A stretch of DNA of 62,128 bases, from positions 1-62,128 of the forward strand of contig DAIDGT010000004.1 in assembly GCA_027459825.1 (NCBI GenBank), written 5' to 3'. A model generated the notes under the pieces. That model saw nothing but the letters and a program-made list of their open reading frames with translations, was not told where the DNA came from and ran no database searches. Numbering within the stretch: the first letter of the stretch is position 1; the number at the start of each line of letters is the position of its first letter. The translations under genes were made by a program, and so were the position numbers. Shown in pieces: positions 1-7,431 of this stretch. Source of the stretch: a bacterium. GTDB taxonomy: Bacteria; Patescibacteriota; Dojkabacteria; JAKAPS01; JAJZLI01.

Positions 1-1904
1 ATGGAGAAAAAATAAGTGAAAGAGGAGGAAAAAAAGTTGAAAGAAGGATGATGAAACAATGGGTTTTAAAAATTACAGAATACGCAGACAAACTCATTGA
101 AGGACTATATACAGTAGATTATCCAAAATCTATTGTAGATGCACAGGTAAATTGGATAGGAAAGTCTAATGGAGCAATGATAAGATTTTTCACAGAGGAG
201 ACTGGTATACCAATAGAAGTATTTACAACAAGAATAGATACAATTTTTGGAGCAACATTTATAGCATTATCTCCAGAATATCCAGGCATAGATAAAATTA
301 TAAAAGAAGATTATAAAATAAAAGTCAAAGAATATATAACAAAAGCAAAAAATAAGACTGAAGTTGAAAGAATGCAAAATAAAGAAAAGACTGGTGAATT
401 CACTGGATCATATGCTATAAACCCTTTCAATGAAGAGAAGATTCCTATATATACTACAGATTTCATCCTACCTGGATACGGAACAGGAGCTATTATGGGA
501 GTACCTGCTCATGATAGTAGAGATTACGAATTTGCTACAAAATTTAATATTCCAATAAAGAGAGTTATTAATCCTATAAATGCAGAATACTTAAACCAAT
601 TGCCATTTGAAGACGATGGGATATTAATAAATTCTCAAGGGTATGATGGAAAAACATCATATGATTCCAGAGAAGAAATGATAAATTGGATAGAGAATAA
701 CAAAATTGGAAATAGGGAAACTCACTATAAACTTAGAGACTGGATATTCTCAAGACAAAGATATTGGGGAGAACCCATTCCTCTAATTCATAAAAAAAAC
801 GGGGAGATAGATAAAGTAGAAGAAGAAAAACTACCTTTGGAGCTCCCTAATATAGATGACTATAAACCAACATCAGATGGATTAAGTCCACTTGCAAAAG
901 TAAAAGATTGGGTTGAAGTTAAGGATGATAATAATGAAGTTATAGCCCTAAGGGAGACAAATACTATGCCTAATTGGGCAGGATCATGCTGGTACTATCT
1001 AAGATATATAGATCCAAAGAATGATAAAGAAATTGCTTCAAAAAAATTAATGGATTACTGGCTTCCTGTAGATAAGTATTTTGGTGGAGGTGAACATACA
1101 ACACTACACTTACTATATTCTAGATTCTGGCATCGATTCCTTTATGATATAGGTGTTGTAAATACACCAGAACCATATAAATTCAGAAGAAATACAGGTT
1201 TAGTACTTGGTCCAGATGGACAAAAAATGTCAAAATCTATAGGTAATGTAATAAATCCAGACCAAGAAATTGAGAAATATGGAGCGGATGCGTTAAGAAT
1301 GTACATATGCTTTATAGGGCCATATGATGGAACAGTAACCTGGCAAGAAGCAGGACTTGCAGCATGCAGGAAACTTATTGAAGATATATATACTACCCAC
1401 AAAAAAGTTTCTGATATAACAGATAATCATAAAATAAAAGAAGCAATAAACAACATGGTAAAAAATATTACAGAAGATATAGAGATATTCCATATGAACA
1501 CAGCAATCAGTGAAATAATGATATTCATTAATCTTTTGAAAAAAGAATCGAAAGTATCTAAGGATACATGGAAAATATTTCTAAAATGTATTGCACCTTT
1601 TGCCCCATTTATTACAGAAGAGCTATGGCAAGATATAAACGGAAATAAAGAATGGGAAGATACCAACAGTATTCATCTACAGACATACCCTACATATGAC
1701 CCAAAATTAGAATCAAAACAAATAACAATACCTATACAGGTTAATGGTAAATTTAGAGGAACAATTGAAGTATCTAGAGGAGAAAGTGAGGAGAGTATAA
1801 AAAAACAAATTTACAATAATCAAAAAGTAAGTTTTTATTTAGAAAATAAAAATATTAAAAAATTTATAATTATAAAAGATAAAATAATAAATATTATAAT
1901 TTAG
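1..1904 (+). CDS. leuS: leucyl-tRNA synthetase, 5' end outside the window
   Basis: The frame of the 48..1904 ORF stays open back to nt 3 (GEKISERGGKKVERRMMKQW), so the gene is cut by the window edge. LeuS signatures present: QWVLKITEYADKL, RDWIFSRQRYWGEPIP, GGEHTTLHLLYSRFW and a KMSKS loop (GQKMSKSIGN). Confidence 0.95.
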   Translation, partial: GEKISERGGKKVERRMMKQWVLKITEYADKLIEGLYTVDYPKSIVDAQVNWIGKSNGAMIRFFTEETGIPIEVFTTRIDTIFGATFIALSPEYPGIDKIIKEDYKIKVKEYITKAKNKTEVERMQNKEKTGEFTGSYAINPFNEEKIPIYTTDFILPGYGTGAIMGVPAHDSRDYEFATKFNIPIKRVINPINAEYLNQLPFEDDGILINSQGYDGKTSYDSREEMINWIENNKIGNRETHYKLRDWIFSRQRYWGEPIPLIHKKNGEIDKVEEEKLPLELPNIDDYKPTSDGLSPLAKVKDWVEVKDDNNEVIALRETNTMPNWAGSCWYYLRYIDPKNDKEIASKKLMDYWLPVDKYFGGGEHTTLHLLYSRFWHRFLYDIGVVNTPEPYKFRRNTGLVLGPDGQKMSKSIGNVINPDQEIEKYGADALRMYICFIGPYDGTVTWQEAGLAACRKLIEDIYTTHKKVSDITDNHKIKEAINNMVKNITEDIEIFHMNTAISEIMIFINLLKKESKVSKDTWKIFLKCIAPFAPFITEELWQDINGNKEWEDTNSIHLQTYPTYDPKLESKQITIPIQVNGKFRGTIEVSRGESEESIKKQIYNNQKVSFYLENKNIKKFIIIKDKIINIII

Positions 1905-2545
1905 ATAAATTTTATAGACTTTATAACTGCTGGAAGTATACCCAGATTCTTTTGTTCTCCAACTATATTAGAAAATACAACAACATTTCCGCTTGGAGAA
2001 TCGAAAAAGTAAACAGATACATAACCTAAATCAGGATTTGTCAAGGTAGTTTCATACACATTTACACTACCAATAGTTTCTACTATATGAGTATTCTTTC
2101 CAACCGTAACTGTTTTATTAGTTGTTACAGAACCATTAGTAATAGATGAGGAATAAGTAGAATTAATCCATTTTAAAAAATCTTGTATATTACTTGGATA
2201 ACCAAAAGAAGAGGATAACCCATACCCAAAACTATTCGTAGGTATTGTTGACATATATGGACCAGTAACAGAATTAGGAGCATTAAAATTAAAAATACCA
2301 CTAGAAAGTTTAGTCTTCCAATCTGAAGGATATTTAAAAGTGATTTTGTTAACTCCATCCGTATAAGTCTTTTGAGCTCTACCAGGGGTCGAAAACTTGC
2401 CTATGTTTTGTGAAAAATTCTGAGAAGGTTTAGAGCCTGAATAATAAAATTTAAAAATAACCCCAATAAGTACCAATAAAAGAACAACATCAATACCAAT
2501 AATTATGATAATAAGGTACTTATTACTGATTAATAAATTCTTCAT
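1901..2545 (-). CDS. membrane-anchored hypothetical protein (one N-terminal TM helix, Ser/Thr/Asn-rich ectodomain)
   Basis: 214-aa ORF. It overlaps the proS stop by 23 nt, so it is probably co-transcribed. Hydrophobic segment IIIIIGIDVVLLLVLIGVIF. No catalytic motif recognised. Confidence 0.55.
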   Translation of the reverse strand: MKNLLISNKYLIIIIIGIDVVLLLVLIGVIFKFYYSGSKPSQNFSQNIGKFSTPGRAQKTYTDGVNKITFKYPSDWKTKLSSGIFNFNAPNSVTGPYMSTIPTNSFGYGLSSSFGYPSNIQDFLKWINSTYSSSITNGSVTTNKTVTVGKNTHIVETIGSVNVYETTLTNPDLGYVSVYFFDSPSGNVVVFSNIVGEQKNLGILPAVIKSIKFI

Positions 2546-4184
2546 TTAATTTATCTGGATTCAAAATCTTAGATATCCTATCTTTTCTTAACATATACTC
2601 AATGTTATTTCCATCCTTTAGTGTTTTAGGTGATATTACCACTCTATGAGGAATCCCAATAATATCAGCATCCGACAATTTTTCACCAGGAAAAACATCT
2701 AATCGGTCATCATATAATACATCCACACCAATATCTGTTAGTTTTTTATATAATTTATCAGCAGCTTCCTTCACCTTACTATCATTCATATTAATTCCAA
2801 CAAGATGAACCATAAAAGGTGCTACTGATTCTGGCCATACAATACCCTTATCATCATGATGTACCTCAACAATTGTAGCAAGTGTCCTTGCAATACCAAT
2901 GCCATAACACCCCATGTAATAAGGCTTAGTTTTCCCATCTTTGTCAGTAAAATGGGCACCAGACATTTTTGAAGAGTAATGAAATCCAAGTTGAAAAATA
3001 TGCCCCACCTCAACTCCTTTTTTTAATATCAGATCTTTACCATCTTCAGATAAACTACCTAAGGGAGCAAGGGCAATATCATCAATAATATTAAGTTGAA
3101 AATCTCTGGAGTAATTAATATTTAGGGCATATTTAGAAGTGTATTTACTATATGCATAACCATTAACAATTGTCTTTAATGAAATATCCCCTACAGTTTT
3201 CAAACCTTTTGTGTCAAATGGTGAAATCTTTCCTGAAAGAAAACCCATTTTTAATAAATCATCATTTAAAACTTTGGATATATCATATACTCCTAATACA
3301 TGAGCAAGTTTTATAGTATTAACCTCTATATCACCCCTTGTAAATACAACATAAAAATTATTATTTTCGTCTTTAAACAGGTCACCTCTTACAAATTTTG
3401 AAATAGGGTTATTGGTTGAATTTGAATATTCTAAAGGAAGAAACTCTTCTTTTAATATTTCTCCCCTAGAGAATTTTGCAATATCCTGATGAGCTAAATA
3501 TGTACCATCACTAGACTCTAAAAATTGGCTTTCACCAACATCAGATTCAACAATAAATTCATGACAGTAATCACCACCAATATATCCATTATCAGCACTT
3601 ACCATTTTAATATCAAGTCCAACTCTTTTAAATATATTCTTATATACATCCTGCATCTTCATATACTCATCTTTAAAGTCTTCCTGAGATATATTAAATG
3701 AGTAAGCATCCTTCATTACAAATTCCTTCATTCTTAAAAGTCCTCCCCGAGAACGCATTTCATCCCTGAATTTAGTAGAAAACTGATAAAGTCCAAAAGG
3801 CATATCTTTATATGAAACCTGGAATTTTCTTACAAGTTCAACAAGCATCTCTTCTGCAGTCCCTCCAAGTACAAATTCAGCATTATTACGATCACGAACC
3901 TTTAAAAGTTCAAAGCCAACAGACTCAGTTCTACCTGTTTCTTTCCATAAATCAACAGGATGGAAAATAGGGGTAACAATCTCCTGATATCCTGCAGCGT
4001 CCATCTCTTCCTTAATTATTTTTTGAATTTTTTGGTGAACCTTAAGCCCCAAAGGTAAAAAATAGTATCTTCCATTAGAACTATCCCTTATATACCCTGC
4101 CTTATATAAAAGTTTATGTGACACGGAAACAATATCATGAGGGACATCTTTGATTGTTTTTCCAAACAAAGTAGAATATTTCAT
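2523..4184 (-). CDS. proS: prolyl-tRNA synthetase
   Basis: 553 aa. Bacterial ProRS N-terminus MKYSTLFGKTIKDVP. Class II motif 2-like FRDEMRSRGGLLRMKEF and motif 3-like GCYGIGIARTLATIVE. Confidence 0.93.
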   Translation of the reverse strand: MKYSTLFGKTIKDVPHDIVSVSHKLLYKAGYIRDSSNGRYYFLPLGLKVHQKIQKIIKEEMDAAGYQEIVTPIFHPVDLWKETGRTESVGFELLKVRDRNNAEFVLGGTAEEMLVELVRKFQVSYKDMPFGLYQFSTKFRDEMRSRGGLLRMKEFVMKDAYSFNISQEDFKDEYMKMQDVYKNIFKRVGLDIKMVSADNGYIGGDYCHEFIVESDVGESQFLESSDGTYLAHQDIAKFSRGEILKEEFLPLEYSNSTNNPISKFVRGDLFKDENNNFYVVFTRGDIEVNTIKLAHVLGVYDISKVLNDDLLKMGFLSGKISPFDTKGLKTVGDISLKTIVNGYAYSKYTSKYALNINYSRDFQLNIIDDIALAPLGSLSEDGKDLILKKGVEVGHIFQLGFHYSSKMSGAHFTDKDGKTKPYYMGCYGIGIARTLATIVEVHHDDKGIVWPESVAPFMVHLVGINMNDSKVKEAADKLYKKLTDIGVDVLYDDRLDVFPGEKLSDADIIGIPHRVVISPKTLKDGNNIEYMLRKDRISKILNPDKLNEEFINQ

Positions 4185-4227
4185 ATAACTTTTAGTATAT
4201 CATCTAATAAATGTGAATATATAATAT

Positions 4228-4584
4228 TTATGACTTATCTTTATTATAGTCAATCTCTTTAAATAAGAATTTAACTATAACATGAATGGCAAATGCGGTT
4301 TCTCCCAGTGTAGTTGTAATAAGAACACTAAATATAAGTTGTAGGTCTTTTACTTCTCCTTTAATAAGTGAAAAAAATACAATTGCAAAAACAATAAGAT
4401 TCTGACCTAGAAGAAGAAAAAATAATTTTGAAGAAATACTGTTACGCATCTTAATTCTATTTCCAAAGTCCTCTTCTCTAATTTCATCCAGTGTACGCTT
4501 CTGAAAAGGAGTTATCTCTTTTACAAAGGAATTTGGAGCAACAATTTTAAAATTTTTAATATCTCTTTGTATATTTTTATCCAT
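4228..4584 (-). CDS. small membrane protein (2 predicted TM helices), partner of the ImmA/IrrE-like peptidase
   Basis: 118-aa ORF starting 6 nt downstream of the 4590..5111 gene on the same strand. Hydrophobic stretches LFFLLLGQNLIVFAIVFFSLI and IFSVLITTTLGETAFAIHVIV. Confidence 0.55.
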   Translation of the reverse strand: MDKNIQRDIKNFKIVAPNSFVKEITPFQKRTLDEIREEDFGNRIKMRNSISSKLFFLLLGQNLIVFAIVFFSLIKGEVKDLQLIFSVLITTTLGETAFAIHVIVKFLFKEIDYNKDKS

Positions 4585-4589
4585 ATAAT

Positions 4590-5111
4590 TTATAGAGAAC
4601 TATCTAAAAGTCCTAAATTAAAAAGTCGCCAGTATGCGGTCATATAAGAAACTCCAAATAAGTCTGCAATTGCAGACACATCTTTTAGTTTATTCCATAC
4701 TTTTATAGATAAGTTCTTTGGCATAAGAAGAGAGACAGCAAACCAGTTAGCTTCAGATTCATCATTTTCCATACTAATACCAAACTCAATCATGTTTTTC
4801 CTGTATAAAATCTCTTCATTTTTTATTTCAGAATGAAGAATATAGTGGCCCAATTCATGGGCAATTGTAAAGACCTGACGTCTAAGAGAATCTTCTTTTG
4901 ATATATATATGGATTTATCTTCTTTTTTATAAAAACCAGAGATATCTTTATTAGTAAAGTTACCTTTTTTTATCTTAATACCATATAAGGAGGCTGCTTT
5001 TTGAGGGTTTATAGGAGGATAAATTTTATCAAGAGATACTCCATAAGACTCCGTGAGAATATCTAATGCTTTTGCTTCAATGTTTAATACTTTTTCATAA
5101 GAGAGTGACAT
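4590..5111 (-). CDS. ImmA/IrrE-family (M78-like) zinc metallopeptidase
   Basis: 173 aa with HEXXH in the typical context FTIAHELGHYILH, plus a downstream EANWFAVSLLMP motif characteristic of COG2856-type peptidases. Confidence 0.75.
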   Translation of the reverse strand: MSLSYEKVLNIEAKALDILTESYGVSLDKIYPPINPQKAASLYGIKIKKGNFTNKDISGFYKKEDKSIYISKEDSLRRQVFTIAHELGHYILHSEIKNEEILYRKNMIEFGISMENDESEANWFAVSLLMPKNLSIKVWNKLKDVSAIADLFGVSYMTAYWRLFNLGLLDSSL

Positions 5112-5195
5112 AATTAAATTGGATTATACTATAAATAATAGATAAATAGGATAATAATATTAATCAAAAATAAGAATGGGGTGTATAATCGTGCA

Positions 5196-5879
5196 ATGAT
5201 AGAATCAGACTCTGGAAATACCCAAGAGATAAAAGAAAGCTTACAATTCAGTAAAAGCGTTATATTACCAAATGGGAATATAATATATTCATCATCTGAG
5301 ATAGGTAGATCACCACTAATTATGAGTAATAAAGGACAAATACTTGTCAAAAAAAATCCATGGTTATTACAACAGGTTGTAAATAATCCACAGGAAGATG
5401 AGGGAAATAAGGAATACAATCATAGGGGAAGTACTAGCCATGTATCAAAAACAGAAACCACAGACAATGAAGAGAGAGATAGTGTGGCAGTAAAGAAAAT
5501 ATTCGACCCAAATAAAGGCACTGGACTCGATCAATTTCGAGCACTACAGGAATTACAACAAACAGGGGTACCTGTAGCTACACCATTAATTGCAACTTCA
5601 TATTACCTAGTAACTAAATGGATTGAAGGAGATAGTGTATCATCCAGTTATAAACAAACAGGAGAACACGTTATTCCATACATAAGGAGATTAAATCAAA
5701 TAATCAATTCACTAAAAAGAAATGGTAATTGGAAATTAAGTTGGTATCTAGATACATGTATGGATAATTACATACCATACAATTTGTCTGCAGAAGACCC
5801 AATTCAAAGATTCATAGCACTAGACCCAATGATAAAAGATAGATTTGGACAACATATTATTCACTGGAAACAAGTTTAA
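5196..5879 (+). CDS. atypical protein-kinase-like protein (RIO / Kdo-kinase-like fold, tentative)
   Basis: The ORF track starts at GTG 5181. The in-frame ATG at 5196 lies 6 nt after TATAAT (5184-5189), so it is the likelier start. Kinase-like layout: beta3 Lys VAVKKI, alphaC ALQELQ, hinge LVTKWIEG, catalytic-loop-like YLDTCMDN, metal-binding-like ALDP. Confidence 0.45.
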   Translation: MIESDSGNTQEIKESLQFSKSVILPNGNIIYSSSEIGRSPLIMSNKGQILVKKNPWLLQQVVNNPQEDEGNKEYNHRGSTSHVSKTETTDNEERDSVAVKKIFDPNKGTGLDQFRALQELQQTGVPVATPLIATSYYLVTKWIEGDSVSSSYKQTGEHVIPYIRRLNQIINSLKRNGNWKLSWYLDTCMDNYIPYNLSAEDPIQRFIALDPMIKDRFGQHIIHWKQV

Positions 5880-5950
5880 CATTTAACAATATATTGAAAA
5901 GTGTAAATTAGAATGATAGACTAATGCATTATTTTATCTGCGATATAATT

Positions 5951-7024
5951 ATGAACCTAGATCAAGTAAATGATTTAAAAAAGTTAGATCCATCAGATGT
6001 ATATAATTCAATATTAAATATTCCAAAACAAATCAAGCAAACATATGAAAATACAAAAAATTTATCATTCCCTAAAGGATATCAAGATATAGATGAAGTT
6101 CTTGTATGCGGAATGGGAGGGTCATCTCTGGGTGCCCATTTTGTTAGTACGCTACTAAGAGACTCAATAAAGATTCCATTTACAATAATAAACGGATATG
6201 AACTTCCAGGGTTTGTAAATAAAAACACACTAGTTATTTTATCTTCTAATTCAGGAACAACAGAAGAAGTAATTTCATGTTTAAACCTTGCAAAAGATAA
6301 AACTGATAAAATATATGCTATTACTACAGGAGGAAAGTTAAAAGAAGAGGTTGATAAAGGGGATATACAAGGATACATATTCTCACAAGAACTAAACATT
6401 GCAGGGCAACCAAGGTTGGCAGTATCATATACAATAATAAGTATTATGGCTGTACTAAAACATTTGGGGCTACTGGCTTATAAGGACTCGGATATTGAAG
6501 ATACTATTATGTATCTTGAGAATAAAAATACAGTATATGATATTAAGGTTGGTGCATCAGGAAATCTTGCAAAAGAGTATGCATATAAGATATATGAAAA
6601 ACTTCCAATAATTGTTGGAACAGAATTTACAGAAGGAGCTGCCCATACATTTGCAAACCAAATAAATGAGACATCTAAAAATCTTTCAATATATTTTGTA
6701 ATTCCTGAATTAAACCATCATTTACTTGAAGGACTAGTACATCCAACCATAGTACATTCTGACAGTATATTTATATTCATAAATTCAGAGTTTTACCATA
6801 AGAGAAACAAATCAAGAATAGATATTACTAAACAAATATTAAATGAAAAGAAAATAGAGTATATTGAAATAAATTTAAAAGCAAAAAACAAAATAGCTCA
6901 AGCATTCGAAATGCTTCAAATTGGATCATTTATAACTTTGTATCTTGCAATATTGTACAAACAGGATCCATGCCCAATAAAAACTGTAGATTATTTTAAA
7001 GAACAGTTATCAAAAGCAAAATAA
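5951..7024 (+). CDS. bifunctional phosphoglucose/phosphomannose isomerase-type SIS-domain protein
   Basis: SIS motif VCGMGGSSLGAHFV, a second SIS half, and the family-typical N-terminus MNLDQVNDLKKLDPSDV. The ORF track begins 27 nt upstream at 5924, which is the alternative start. Confidence 0.8.
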   Translation: MNLDQVNDLKKLDPSDVYNSILNIPKQIKQTYENTKNLSFPKGYQDIDEVLVCGMGGSSLGAHFVSTLLRDSIKIPFTIINGYELPGFVNKNTLVILSSNSGTTEEVISCLNLAKDKTDKIYAITTGGKLKEEVDKGDIQGYIFSQELNIAGQPRLAVSYTIISIMAVLKHLGLLAYKDSDIEDTIMYLENKNTVYDIKVGASGNLAKEYAYKIYEKLPIIVGTEFTEGAAHTFANQINETSKNLSIYFVIPELNHHLLEGLVHPTIVHSDSIFIFINSEFYHKRNKSRIDITKQILNEKKIEYIEINLKAKNKIAQAFEMLQIGSFITLYLAILYKQDPCPIKTVDYFKEQLSKAK

Positions 7025-7042
7025 ACAAACCTATACAGATAG

Positions 7043-7071
7043 TTGACAGGTTAATATATATTTTCTATAAT
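7043..7071 (+). promoter_or_regulatory. consensus sigma70-type promoter TTGACA-N17-TATAAT
   Basis: TTGACA at 7043-7048, a 17-nt spacer, then TATAAT at 7066-7071. It points into the 7105..7191 mini-ORF. Confidence 0.5.
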
Positions 7072-7104
7072 TTGCTTTAGTTCTTTAAAGAAAGGAGAAA
7101 AGAG

Positions 7105-7191
7105 ATGATATTCAGGTTGCTCCAGACATACCCTGGGATCATGCAATTCATGCCTCTGATCTACAAGATCATCTCGTTTCTATGTTCCTAG
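7105..7191 (+). CDS. 28-codon hydrophobic mini-ORF (MIFRLLQTYPGIMQFMPLIYKIISFLCS)
   Basis: AAAGGAG (7091-7097) lies 7 nt before the ATG at 7105. It sits downstream of the consensus promoter and upstream of copy 0 of the hairpin module. It is below the 60-aa cutoff of the ORF track. Confidence 0.3.
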   Translation: MIFRLLQTYPGIMQFMPLIYKIISFLCS

Positions 7192-7244
7192 TAAATACAG
7201 TCACAGAAGATTGTATTTACAACCCCAAACTCCTGGTGAGTGTA

Positions 7245-7347
7245 TGATCAAAAGATCAAAAAAAAGAGGGTACAAGAACTCAAGGGGCCAGAGAGACCAT
7301 CATTGTTTTGTGTATAAACACACAATCAACATCAAGTCACTCTGGCC
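7245..7347 (+). repeat. copy 0 of the two-hairpin 3' module (no T-tract)
   Basis: Small hairpin TGATC-AAAA-GATCA (7245-7258). Large hairpin GGGCCAGAG (7284-7292) paired with CTCTGGCCC (7339-7347), with inner hairpin TGTGT-ATAA-ACACA (7308-7321). Homologous to the modules at 8160-8285 and 11504-11629. Confidence 0.6.
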
Positions 7348-7381
7348 CATTCCATACCACCGCCAACACATACCTATAGTA

Positions 7382-7410
7382 TTTACAATATACATTAATT
7401 ATGATATAAT
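7382..7410 (+). promoter_or_regulatory. strong extended -10 promoter of GC-rich gene A
   Basis: TTTACA (7382-7387), N17, TG (7402-7403), then TATAAT (7405-7410). The segment atgatataattgtatttgttcttttc matches 25 of 26 nt with the copy at 10679-10704. Confidence 0.6.
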
Positions 7411-7431
7411 TGTATTTGTTCTTTTCCCAAC

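Noticed and set aside
5924-5950. Upstream start for the pgi/pmi-like gene (MHYFICDII...)
   Set aside because: The family-typical N-terminus begins at MNLDQV (5951). This is kept only as an alternative, because the TATAAT at 5944-5949 is too close to 5951 to be its promoter, so the true transcription start site is unresolved.
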